From a virus (lineage: Duplodnaviria > Caudoviricetes): DNA of 64,000 nucleotides. Location: positions 67,712 to 131,711 of IMG/VR virus record IMGVR_UViG_3300028887_000079; one strand, written 5' to 3'. Shown here one piece after another: positions 40,367 through 49,829 of the stretch (positions are counted from its first letter, which is position 1; every line of letters starts with the position of its first letter). A program made the translations under genes and the position numbers. Under the pieces are notes generated by a model. It was not told where the DNA came from. It saw only the letters and a program-made list of their open reading frames with translations, and searched no databases.

Positions 40367-41581
40367 ATGAAATTGGAAGTATTCCCGTATCGGTTTCGTG
40401 GCAAGGCGAAGGCCGCCGCACTTTATAGACGCGGTGGCGGATGCCTAGAAGTCCACGGCGCCCAAGCCCTTTTTGAACTTTATAATTCCGGTGTTTCTTT
40501 TCGTCCAATGCCGGGGACTCCCTTCGAAGCGGTAGTCTTCGACCTTGATGAGGTCTCGCCGGAGTATGCGAACAAATTAGATAATTTATCCCGACCCGGA
40601 ATCTTTGTTGCGAAGAGTCCGTCCGCCGTTCTCGAGGTGGACGGAAAACTTTATCGAAGAAAAGTATTCTACCAACTTTCGGAACCGGTCAAGTTCGGCT
40701 CATACGGCGAAGCCTATATAGCAGCCTTCGCCCGCTTCATACTGGACGCAGGGCTGCCCTTGCTGCCTTGCGACCAATGTATGCACTCGCCTCGGCAAAT
40801 GACCTTCGGTAAACCTTTTCCTGAAATGGACAAGTCCATCGAAAAAGTCCCGATTGAAGGTTTAACAAATGTCCGTCCGCCGCTCCCGCTGTCTCGCTAT
40901 ATGGCGAAGGCGATATTCGGAATTGACGATGACATCCCGCTGCCCCCGATCGAGTTCTATGCACGTGGACCGGTCCCTGAAGGGGAACGGCACGCATACA
41001 TTTGGCAGCGCATCGTCCCCGCCGCATTCTCTTGGTTCCGTTACTTTGAGAACACTATCGAAACGCGATGGGGACTAAATCAGGCAGGCTACCAATTCAA
41101 GGACTGCGAGGCGGCAATTCGGACCGCGATGCTCCGAATTGGCGTGAGTCCGGAAGAAACGGAAGCGGTGATACGCGGGGCGCTCTATGAGGCATACACG
41201 AAATTCAAGGCGCCAACGCTCACATACTATCGCCCGCGTGTTACGGTGGTGAAGCAACGGAAGCCTGCTGTATCGCGCTGGTCGAAGAAGACGGAAGCGG
41301 AGAAGCAACGGACATATGCGAGGCAGAAGGAGAATCGCCATCGCAAGCGTTTCCTCCATAGGCAGGGGGTGACGGAGCGCTCGGCAAGCCCTGGCAGGCC
41401 GCGTAACATAGCGGTCGGATCTTTGGACGAATTGGAGGCATTATGGACGGCGGGGAAGATCTCGAAGCCGTATTACTATCGCCTTCGTAAGGAGTTGGGC
41501 GGAGAGCCGCGTAAGCGTGGACGCCCGCCCAAACCGGAGAATCCGGGTAGACCTTTGAACCCCGAAATTGTCTCAAAATAG
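40367..41581 (+). CDS. putative Rep/AEP primase-like replication protein with AT-hook-like C-terminus
   Basis: VVFDLD and SPS motifs; GERH segment; PGRPR and KRGRPPK. Confidence 0.5.
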   Translation: MKLEVFPYRFRGKAKAAALYRRGGGCLEVHGAQALFELYNSGVSFRPMPGTPFEAVVFDLDEVSPEYANKLDNLSRPGIFVAKSPSAVLEVDGKLYRRKVFYQLSEPVKFGSYGEAYIAAFARFILDAGLPLLPCDQCMHSPRQMTFGKPFPEMDKSIEKVPIEGLTNVRPPLPLSRYMAKAIFGIDDDIPLPPIEFYARGPVPEGERHAYIWQRIVPAAFSWFRYFENTIETRWGLNQAGYQFKDCEAAIRTAMLRIGVSPEETEAVIRGALYEAYTKFKAPTLTYYRPRVTVVKQRKPAVSRWSKKTEAEKQRTYARQKENRHRKRFLHRQGVTERSASPGRPRNIAVGSLDELEALWTAGKISKPYYYRLRKELGGEPRKRGRPPKPENPGRPLNPEIVSK

Positions 41582-41830
41582 GGACAAGTTTTTCGTTCGG
41601 TCCTTTTTGCGGAATTTCGTAGCAAATTCCGCATTTTTTGTTGGACAATTTTTGAGTAGGGACAACTTCCCATACGTTCCTTGTATCTTTACCCCATTAA
41701 CACTTTTCGGGAGGGGAGTCCATTTAAGAGACAATTCCGTAAACGGACGCGTCCGTTCGTTACTTTGGTTGGAAGATGTCCGATAACGTGGACAAGTCCG
41801 GGAGTAGGCAGGACGTGTCCGGCGGACATA
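41582..41830. repeat. non-coding GGACAA repeats and GGAC-NN-GTCC palindromes (candidate origin)
   Basis: GGACAA at ~41582, 41643, 41660 and 41790; palindromes at 41745, 41790 and 41811. Confidence 0.55.
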
Positions 41831-41849
41831 AATAGTGTATATTTACTGC

Positions 41850-42236
41850 ATGTCGGATTCTAAAGAAATGACACTGCATACGCAAGATGACTTGGACGAG
41901 ATAAAGCGCCGGGTCAACACCACGATGGTCGATATGGTCGACCGGTCGGTTCAATCGTTGGACAAATTATCGAAAAGGCTTGACCGCGTAGATGATGCGA
42001 TGGACAAGTTAGTTGATTTGGAGCACATGACGATAAATGAGTTGGTAGCGTATCAGGCATTCATGCGCGAGTCGTTCAAGATGCGAGCGGACTTTTTGCG
42101 CACATTAAGTGGTTATGACATTAACGTCTCAAAGGTCCCGGTCAAGGCGGACGAAAATTCTCTTATGGATGAGGATGCTGCTGTTGCCTTGAGGGACGAG
42201 GTTATGCGCCGCGATGGATCAAGTCCGCACACATAA
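41850..42236 (+). CDS. coiled-coil hypothetical protein
   Basis: GTGTCC-N17-TATATT-N6-ATG. Confidence 0.65.
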   Translation: MSDSKEMTLHTQDDLDEIKRRVNTTMVDMVDRSVQSLDKLSKRLDRVDDAMDKLVDLEHMTINELVAYQAFMRESFKMRADFLRTLSGYDINVSKVPVKADENSLMDEDAAVALRDEVMRRDGSSPHT

Positions 42237-42921
42237 GGCGAAGGTCAATGCCGAATTTCAGCGGGCGCATTTGGTAGCAAGGTGCGTCTATACGCCGGAG
42301 CCGCATGACGAGTCCGTTGGGTTTGAAACGGACGACCCGGTGATGAAAACGGTTGTGGCGATGCGCGAGCGCTTGGCGGCGATGAATGTATCCAAGGGAA
42401 TGTTGACGCAGGGCTGGATGCGGTCCGCGTTATTTTTGCGAATGGTCTACCTGATAAAGGGCAGCGAGGGCTTTGATGTTCTTGCGAACGCTATATGGGC
42501 ATACACCGCAGCGCTTGTGGACAACTTAGAGAAGGTCAGCAGCGACCCGGACATTTTGAATGATGTTCCGCCTGAGGAGCGGTATGCGGCTTGGCGTGAG
42601 ATGATGCTCACGTTGAAAAAGGGTTTGGCTGAGCAGGTCAAGTTGCTCAATGAAATCAAGGCCAAGAAGATTGAATTTGAGTCCGGCGAGCAGGCGTTGG
42701 AATATGGGCGGCGATTGCTGAAGACCGTTCATTTTCCGCGATACGAAGGCGAGGACTTTATTGCATTTGCGGACGCTATAACGAAATTTGGACCGGGCGG
42801 TTTGCCGGACATTAAGGACGGCGAATGGGAGCAGGCTGTGGCGCTGGCGAAGGCGATTTTGAAGTATGAGGAGAGCCGCGAACCGGAGCCTAGCGATAAT
42901 GCGCCGGAAACCGATGTTTAA
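42214..42921 (+). CDS. hypothetical protein
   Basis: 235-aa helical ORF. Confidence 0.65.
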   Translation: MDQVRTHKAKVNAEFQRAHLVARCVYTPEPHDESVGFETDDPVMKTVVAMRERLAAMNVSKGMLTQGWMRSALFLRMVYLIKGSEGFDVLANAIWAYTAALVDNLEKVSSDPDILNDVPPEERYAAWREMMLTLKKGLAEQVKLLNEIKAKKIEFESGEQALEYGRRLLKTVHFPRYEGEDFIAFADAITKFGPGGLPDIKDGEWEQAVALAKAILKYEESREPEPSDNAPETDV

Positions 42922-43210
42922 GGCTGTTAAATTGAAAATGAATGTAAATGTGCGCCCGGCGAGAAAATCGCCTTAGAAGCGCAGCAAATGAGGGTTTTAG
43001 AAATGAAGCAAAAGACGATAGAATTTGGTCCGAAGAAGGATTGGGTGAAGGCGGCGAAGGCGTTTGCGAAGCAGGCGTATGGGACTGCGCGATGCAAGGA
43101 CATTGAGCGCGAGCGCCACATCAACAAGGAACCCGATTTTTGGGAAGACTAACAAAATTAAGTTGTCCACATCAACGAAGGCTTCCCCCTAAAGGGGGAA
43201 GGGGTATGGC

Positions 43211-44509
43211 ATGATTCACGTAGTTGACCACGTTAAAGAAAAAGAGTCCGTTATCAAATTGAATCTCACCCGCATATTGCGAGCGCTGAAGCGGGGCGAA
43301 GAGGTAGTTGTTTATCATCCGGTTGGCAAGATCCACCAGCGCCTAGCGGACATAAGAGGTGTTGAGTATGTTGCGTGCAAGGGTCTTGGCGTCTGCAAGG
43401 ACAAGAAGCTCGAAATAGTTGAGCCTGCATTCCTGCTTGCGAATTATGTAGACCCGGCGATGGTGCGCACAATGCTCCCCGCCTGCAATGCCTCGCTATT
43501 CCGTTGGAAGGGGAAATTGATGTTTCTCGGCAGGGAAACGAATTACACATTCCGTTGGCACGAAAATCGGAAAATGATTTTGGGCTGGCCGCTCATACAC
43601 GGCTGGCCTTCTAAACAGCACTGCTATACAAATGAAGTCCTCTATGAATTCAATGAGCGGACAAATACCGCAACGAAGGTCGGCTATCTTTCATACGTCC
43701 CGGAAGAGGACCGCCATCGCCTGCATTACATAGGGTATGAAGATGTCCGCCTGATGGAGTGGGACGGGGAATTGTTTGCGAGTTTTACGATTGTGGACAA
43801 CGACCACCACTTCACAATGGGGCACGCCAAGGTCTTGGACGATCTTACGTTGGGCGAAGTCACGAAGGTGCCGACCGCGAATGCGATTGAAAAGAACTGG
43901 CTGCCGATTGAAGGGCGCCCGCATTGGTATGTTTATTCGTTCAAGCCTTATCGCCTCATCAATATGGCGACCGGAGAATTTCGCGATATGGGCGGCGGGA
44001 CGGAGCGGGTGCTTCGTGGCAGTTCTCCGATAATTTGTCATAGGGGGAAGCGGATATGCTTGGCGCATATCAACAACTGGCCTGCCTGCAAAACATATGT
44101 CCACGTTTTTGTGGAATTTGATGAGGACCTAAACATCATCAAGGTCACCAAGCCGTTTTCATTTTTTGGCGCACCGATTGAATTCAGCACTTCGATTTTG
44201 TCCGATGGCGGCAATTTGAATGTGGTATTTTCGATTCATGACCAGTTGCCGTATAGGGCTGTAATCGGACCGGATTTGTTTGACGAAATCATGTCGGACA
44301 AATTATCGGATAAGCGCCCGGTTCCGAATCTGTATAAGCGCCTATATGGGAATGCGGTGGCGAATGAGAATTACAAAACCGCCGCCGCGATGGCAACATT
44401 TGTTTTGGACAAGGATGTCCGGGCGGAAGCGGCCGAATACACGAAGGCGCTGCCGGATGTTTCGGAAGAGAATAAGGCGTTGCTCATACAGCAGCTTAGT
44501 GCGCCGTAA
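43211..44509 (+). CDS. five-bladed beta-propeller glycoside hydrolase-like protein (GH43/GH130-like)
   Basis: GYEDVRL, EKNWLP, RGSSP, YVH.F and IEF motifs. Confidence 0.65.
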   Translation: MIHVVDHVKEKESVIKLNLTRILRALKRGEEVVVYHPVGKIHQRLADIRGVEYVACKGLGVCKDKKLEIVEPAFLLANYVDPAMVRTMLPACNASLFRWKGKLMFLGRETNYTFRWHENRKMILGWPLIHGWPSKQHCYTNEVLYEFNERTNTATKVGYLSYVPEEDRHRLHYIGYEDVRLMEWDGELFASFTIVDNDHHFTMGHAKVLDDLTLGEVTKVPTANAIEKNWLPIEGRPHWYVYSFKPYRLINMATGEFRDMGGGTERVLRGSSPIICHRGKRICLAHINNWPACKTYVHVFVEFDEDLNIIKVTKPFSFFGAPIEFSTSILSDGGNLNVVFSIHDQLPYRAVIGPDLFDEIMSDKLSDKRPVPNLYKRLYGNAVANENYKTAAAMATFVLDKDVRAEAAEYTKALPDVSEENKALLIQQLSAP

Positions 44510-44534
44510 GCGCATGTTTAAGCGCATCAAATCA

Positions 44535-44559
44535 AAAAGGCGGGCAAATACCCGCCTTT
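44535..44559. terminator. bidirectional terminator
   Basis: AAAGGCGGG..CCCGCCTTT between convergent genes. Confidence 0.7.
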
Positions 44560-44586
44560 GAATTTTATCGCCGGAGAAGCGCTGTA

Positions 44587-46302
44587 TTAAGCGTATTCCT
44601 CAATGGCGCCGTTGAGCAATGTAAGGACCTCGCCAAGTTCGGAATCGCCCAATTCCCAAAATTCGGGCTTGAACTTGATATCCACATACCAATACGGCTT
44701 TCCGTTCTCCATCTCGGACACGATGTTGTATTCAACATAGTCGTCAAAATCGGACAGCGCCTTCTTGGCTTCCGTTTCGCAATCGCCCTTATCGCCGCAA
44801 CCCATATCAAGGTCAAAGCCCTTATCGTGCAGGTCCTTCGCGGATCTTCCGATAACGGAATTGAAGACATAAAGGCCTTTGAGGTAGTTGTCCACGCGCG
44901 AGAGTTTGCTGCGCAGCGCCAGCTTCGGGCTCAGCGCTTCGCGCCTGCCTTTTTTGTCCGCCTTCAACATTTCAGCCACAATGTCCGACAATTCGCTGAA
45001 GACATAGTTGGCGTCCTTGTCATTCAATTCCAAGATGGCGTCCTTGAATTTCAAGGCAGGGAACCACATGTCCTCGCCCTTCGGACCGCCTTCCGGGATG
45101 AGGGTCGGAGAGTAGTCAACGTAATCATCAAAGTCGGCAAACTTTGCGGCGGACTCCTTTTTGGCTTCTTCTTCGGTATTGTATCCCACAGGGATTGCCA
45201 TATGAGAATCGAAGACGTCCTCAAAATCCGGACCCCATTTTTGGAAGCCGGTATGCTTGTCGAACAGTTTGCCGAGTTCACCGATTCGGGTGGTGCGCTG
45301 CATCATCGGCTTGGCAGCATCCGGTGCTTCGCCGCATACCCCGCGATAAATGGCATCGGAAATCTTTGTGAAGGCATCCTTCGCTTCGGCGGAGTCAAGT
45401 TCAAAAATGGTTGGCTTGAACTTGATAACTGGAGACCAAACCGGTTCGCCGTGAGGTCCGCCCATTTCATCAAACTCAACATTGTAGTCAAGGTATTTCT
45501 TCAAGCCGCCGAAAAGATCGTCCGCATACTTTTGGGCATCTTTTTCCGTGGGCATCCCATAGACGGGAACCATATATGGGTCTTGAACGCTAGCGGTGTT
45601 GAAGTCCGAGAATGCCATCCCGATTTCTTTGAAGCCGCGAAGGTTTGCACAGAGGTTGTCGTATTCCTTGATCTTTTCTTTTGCCTTGGCACGCTGCGCT
45701 AATTTCGGGCTGAGACCTGCTTCGGACGTTTTCCCTTCGCCAAAGTATTCCGCTTCCGGCCAAGAGGTTTCGCTGTCGCCGTTGGACACCTTTGCGATGC
45801 CATCGATGAGGTCAATCTCGTTGCGGATGCGATCTTCAACATCGGACAACGTATCGGTGTTAGTGATGACAAAGTCAAACACGAATTGGTGGACGCGCCC
45901 GTCAGTAGCCTTGGGCCTGCCTTCGCTCTTGGTCTTGCTTTCGGCAAAGTAGCCATCTTTCAGCACATCGCCGAGATCCGCAAGGAGTCCGGTTTTAGCG
46001 TTGGTCGAAAGGCGATTGAACAGCGGCTTGAATTTGATTTGGGCAACCCTGAAGTCGGGTTCGCTTTCATCGGGCTTGATGTAGCGGCCTTCAACGAAGT
46101 CGGCAAAAGGTCCGAAGGTGTCGGCAATGTATTTGTCCCACCCGGCATCCGTATTGTCTTCGGCGCCAGTCATGAGCCCAATCCATTCGCCCGTTTCAAT
46201 GCTGTTGGCAAGGTCGGCGGTGTCGCCGCCGCTGATTTCATTCCACACCGGATTCTTTGCAAGGAGTCCGGAAAGGATGCTTTCATTTTTAGGGGTTTTC
46301 AT
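44587..46302 (-). CDS. multi-domain putative internal virion protein with 4 homologous domains
   Basis: Repeated F..F.DYV.Y...IKFKP..EL; K-x-E linkers. Confidence 0.7.
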   Translation of the reverse strand: MKTPKNESILSGLLAKNPVWNEISGGDTADLANSIETGEWIGLMTGAEDNTDAGWDKYIADTFGPFADFVEGRYIKPDESEPDFRVAQIKFKPLFNRLSTNAKTGLLADLGDVLKDGYFAESKTKSEGRPKATDGRVHQFVFDFVITNTDTLSDVEDRIRNEIDLIDGIAKVSNGDSETSWPEAEYFGEGKTSEAGLSPKLAQRAKAKEKIKEYDNLCANLRGFKEIGMAFSDFNTASVQDPYMVPVYGMPTEKDAQKYADDLFGGLKKYLDYNVEFDEMGGPHGEPVWSPVIKFKPTIFELDSAEAKDAFTKISDAIYRGVCGEAPDAAKPMMQRTTRIGELGKLFDKHTGFQKWGPDFEDVFDSHMAIPVGYNTEEEAKKESAAKFADFDDYVDYSPTLIPEGGPKGEDMWFPALKFKDAILELNDKDANYVFSELSDIVAEMLKADKKGRREALSPKLALRSKLSRVDNYLKGLYVFNSVIGRSAKDLHDKGFDLDMGCGDKGDCETEAKKALSDFDDYVEYNIVSEMENGKPYWYVDIKFKPEFWELGDSELGEVLTLLNGAIEEYA

Positions 46303-46316
46303 TTTGAGGTCTCCTT

Positions 46317-47294
46317 TTACATTTCGTGAAGCGCATCGCGAATGTGCTCAAGCAGGTCCGCTTCAATTTCGTTTCGGATGCCAGCGGCATCGTCATAGTC
46401 CGACATTGTGTTGTCTTCGATTTCATCAGTATCGGACCACCACTGAGTAAATTCGCCACCACAGAAAGTATAGCGAATTAACGGCTCGCGGTCAACGAGG
46501 AGTTCCACCGAGGAGGTGGGAATGTCCAGCCCGGGCGAATCAAAAGTGGTGATGAGACGCGTTTTGGTGCGGCGGCGATCGCGCCCATCAAAATAGGTGT
46601 CCAACATATTGTCGAGCGCCTTTTGAAAGTCGACCGCGTCCTTGTCCGCATCTTGGTTCGGGCTGATTTTATTGATAGGTTGTCCGGGGTGTCGTTTCAT
46701 ACCTTCGTTTTCTCCGTCCGGATCTTTATTCCAAGCGGATGTCACATCCAACACTTCAACGCCGGGGAAGGCTTGCGGGACCAATTCCCTGACCATATTG
46801 AGGAAAAACTTTTTCGCATTTTCATCGCTGTGGTCTTTGTAATAGGCGTCAATCAAATTGTCCATCTTCTTGGCGCCTGCTTTCAATTCCGGATGAACGT
46901 GTGCGAGCGCATCCCCGAGGACATGGGCAACGTGGATAACATCAATTCCACCAACGCGAAGAATCGGCTGCTCCTTCCCATTTAATTTGTAATGGAGGTT
47001 AAGTCGGCGCATCGAGTTGTAGTAGCGATGATACCAATAGTCGCCCGCGTGCTTGGCGAGAATATCGCCAGCCCCTTCGGACTTGCCTTTTGCAAGGTAG
47101 TCCTTGACGGCGGCAATGCAGTCCGGGCAAATGTCGGCGTTGTCCGCATAGCCTTTTTCTTTCAGGTATGCTTTCACATCCGGTTCGAGTTCATCGAGAT
47201 AGAATGTTTGGCGCCAGCCCTTGCCGCAATTCTTGCAGCGGCCAAGATGCGTTCTTTTGGCGCCTTCATTTTTGATGAGTTTGATTTTCGCCAT
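46317..47294 (-). CDS. MAKIKL-family multi-domain protein
   Basis: MAKIKLIKNEG; CxxC..CxxC domain; KSEG and ENEG linkers. Confidence 0.75.
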   Translation of the reverse strand: MAKIKLIKNEGAKRTHLGRCKNCGKGWRQTFYLDELEPDVKAYLKEKGYADNADICPDCIAAVKDYLAKGKSEGAGDILAKHAGDYWYHRYYNSMRRLNLHYKLNGKEQPILRVGGIDVIHVAHVLGDALAHVHPELKAGAKKMDNLIDAYYKDHSDENAKKFFLNMVRELVPQAFPGVEVLDVTSAWNKDPDGENEGMKRHPGQPINKISPNQDADKDAVDFQKALDNMLDTYFDGRDRRRTKTRLITTFDSPGLDIPTSSVELLVDREPLIRYTFCGGEFTQWWSDTDEIEDNTMSDYDDAAGIRNEIEADLLEHIRDALHEM

Positions 47295-47306
47295 AAGGAG
47301 CGCCCT

Positions 47307-47681
47307 CTACTTTTTGCTTTCAAGTCCGGCGCTGTTGCCCGTAATACCGGGAGCGCTGCCGCCGAGGTTCTTCAAAAAGTCTTGGCACCACACAATCGCC
47401 TTTTCGCAAGGATCAACGCTTGCGGTGAAGAAGCGACCGACCGGCCAAAACTGAATGATTTCGCCGCCGAGGAAATGTCTTCCGGCATCGTCCTTTGCGC
47501 TGCCCATCGGATGCCCATACGCCTCTTCGGATATGGCGTCCGCGAGTGCGATGGCATTTTCCGGCGTGCCGCAATCAATCATAAACGATTCTGTGTAGCG
47601 GTCGCCGCTGTTGCGGGTAACGGCACCGATTGATTCATTTTTGGGAGCGCTTTCACGGCGCTGCAATTTGATTCTAGCCAT
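47307..47681 (-). CDS. MAKIKL-family protein
   Basis: MARIKLQRRESAPKNES. Confidence 0.75.
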   Translation of the reverse strand: MARIKLQRRESAPKNESIGAVTRNSGDRYTESFMIDCGTPENAIALADAISEEAYGHPMGSAKDDAGRHFLGGEIIQFWPVGRFFTASVDPCEKAIVWCQDFLKNLGGSAPGITGNSAGLESKK

Positions 47682-47982
47682 TTGAAATCTCCGTGTTGAT
47701 AGTAAAGTCTTTGAGGTCCGATCCAAATTCGCGCAAGAGCCAACGCAGGTCGGAAGGCTTGACCCTTTCATCAAACACATAGATGTCAAGGTCATTGCCC
47801 GTTGTATTGTTGGACCAGTCCGATTGGACTTCGCCCATCATAAAGTGGTTGTCGAAGTCGTCCACAATTCCGTTCGCGTCCGCATCGTCAATGCCTTTGA
47901 GCGTAAAGACGGACATGATGTGGTAGGCTTCGTTTTTCGGCTTGGCGCCTTCATTCTTTTTTGTGAGTTTGATCTTAGCCAT
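47674..47982 (-). CDS. MAKIKL-family protein
   Basis: MAKIKLTKKNEGAKPKNEA. Confidence 0.75.
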   Translation of the reverse strand: MAKIKLTKKNEGAKPKNEAYHIMSVFTLKGIDDADANGIVDDFDNHFMMGEVQSDWSNNTTGNDLDIYVFDERVKPSDLRWLLREFGSDLKDFTINTEISNG

Positions 47983-47992
47983 CATAACCTCC

Positions 47993-48646
47993 TTATGCGC
48001 TCGCAATCATGACAAGCGCTTCTGCCGGATCCATATCTGCGAGTTCTTCGTATTCATGTGCGGCGCCGAAGAAGGTTCCGCTCATCAACGTCACCGGGTT
48101 TGCAAAACCGGAATGCAGCGCAATGACCTTGAATTGGCCGCTGCCCGGCACCTTCGTAATCTTCACAATCGCCTGAACATCGGAATCGTCCGGATGGATG
48201 ACAAAGTGGTCAATGTAATTGGGGTCGTCAACCGTGAAGCGGTCAATCGCATCCTTGTCGAATGCTTCTGCCTTCCCGGACTCATTTGCCCCAATCTCGT
48301 AAACACGGATATCGGAAAAAGTATTCCAGCCGTCAACAAGATAGGACATTGAGGTGATTTTGTCGATGCCATTATCGCGCTTGAACGTTTCAAGCGTGAT
48401 GCCATCATCAAACACTTCTCCGTAGCGGTATTCGCGATCGTTCACGCAAATGCTTTGTTCGTAGTCGTCACTTGCCGCTGCCTTGACTTCATCCCAAATT
48501 TGCTGCTCCGGCGTTTTCCCGGATTCAGGATCTACCGACCATTCTTCGATGATGGTGCCAGCATCGTCCATACGCCCACCTTTAACAGTGTATGCGCGAA
48601 TGGCGGTGCTTGCCTCATTCTTTTTTGCCAGTTTAATCTTCGCCAT
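47993..48646 (-). CDS. MAKIKL-family protein
   Basis: MAKIKLAKKNEAS. Confidence 0.75.
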   Translation of the reverse strand: MAKIKLAKKNEASTAIRAYTVKGGRMDDAGTIIEEWSVDPESGKTPEQQIWDEVKAAASDDYEQSICVNDREYRYGEVFDDGITLETFKRDNGIDKITSMSYLVDGWNTFSDIRVYEIGANESGKAEAFDKDAIDRFTVDDPNYIDHFVIHPDDSDVQAIVKITKVPGSGQFKVIALHSGFANPVTLMSGTFFGAAHEYEELADMDPAEALVMIASA

Positions 48647-48657
48647 TTGAATACCTC

Positions 48658-49815
48658 TTAATGAGAAAGTTTGCGGCCGTCCTCATCCTCCTCAACGGTG
48701 GACGAGAAATCCTTGCTCGGGTTTTTCTTTTTCTTTTTGGCTTCGGATTTCATCGAGGCGTTTTCGCCAGCCTCGGCAAGGTCGGAACCGAGTTGGGCAA
48801 TGTGGGCGCCAAGTTCAGCCCAAGTCTTACAACGGGTCTTGGATCCGCGAACGCAGGTGCGCAATTCGTATGTGAGCTGCTCAATGCCGTTGATGGCATC
48901 TTCCAGCCCTTCAACATCTTCCCATCCGTCCCAACCTTCAAAGCCGCTTTCGCGCTTCTTGGATTCCTTGAGCGAATAGCCAAGTTCACGGAGGACCTTG
49001 CCCACGCAAACCTTCTCGGTTTCGGTGGCATCGGTTTCGCCGGACTCACCATTCACGGACACCTTATAAATGTCCGGGCTTGTGTTGCCCTGCCAGTCGT
49101 CATCAACCTCAATGTATTCAACATTGACCGGAAATTCCTTTCCGTCCTTGATGCCGATGTAGGCTTCGGAGTATTCGGGGTGCTTGCTTACGTTGCGGCC
49201 TTTGAGCAATTCATAGGCGTAGTAGCAATCCTTGACCGAATACGGGTCGCTGTAAGACAAATAGTCGGTGGTGTTGGTGTTGCCGCGATCCCACTTGAGC
49301 CCTTCTTCTTTCACAAGGAACTTAATCTTGTCCGCAAGGAATTGCTTGACGCGTGCATCGGACATTCCATCCCAAAGGTTATAGACGGTGCGGCCGCTAT
49401 CGCCACCCCAATGGGCGTTGTCGATTTCAAGGTAAATTTTGTTGTCCTTGAGAATCGGGGTGGCGAACTTCCAGTAGCCACGCATACGCGGGGAGTTTTC
49501 CCAATAGCCGTCACTCATTTGTCCGAATACGGAATCAATCATGTCCTTGAATTTGGCGTCAAGGCCGAGATCGACCAAATGCGTGTTTTCGGATTCGGTT
49601 TTTGATTCAGCCGGAACCAGCGTTTTCAATTCCTTCGCGATGCGGGTCATTTCGGTTTCATCGCCCGCTTCGGCGGCATCTTCCCAATCGCCAACGAGCG
49701 CACGCACCTTCTTGCGGAAAGCCGCGTCCTTGTTGGCAAGTCCCATAATGTTATGGACATCGCCATAATCAATTTCACCCGAGATTTGGGCAATATCTTC
49801 CAGCTTCGATTCCAT
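48658..49815 (-). CDS. multi-domain putative internal virion protein
   Basis: Linkers ESKTESE, ESKKRES and MKSEA. Confidence 0.7.
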   Translation of the reverse strand: MESKLEDIAQISGEIDYGDVHNIMGLANKDAAFRKKVRALVGDWEDAAEAGDETEMTRIAKELKTLVPAESKTESENTHLVDLGLDAKFKDMIDSVFGQMSDGYWENSPRMRGYWKFATPILKDNKIYLEIDNAHWGGDSGRTVYNLWDGMSDARVKQFLADKIKFLVKEEGLKWDRGNTNTTDYLSYSDPYSVKDCYYAYELLKGRNVSKHPEYSEAYIGIKDGKEFPVNVEYIEVDDDWQGNTSPDIYKVSVNGESGETDATETEKVCVGKVLRELGYSLKESKKRESGFEGWDGWEDVEGLEDAINGIEQLTYELRTCVRGSKTRCKTWAELGAHIAQLGSDLAEAGENASMKSEAKKKKKNPSKDFSSTVEEDEDGRKLSH

Positions 49816-49829
49816 AGGTCATTTTCCTT

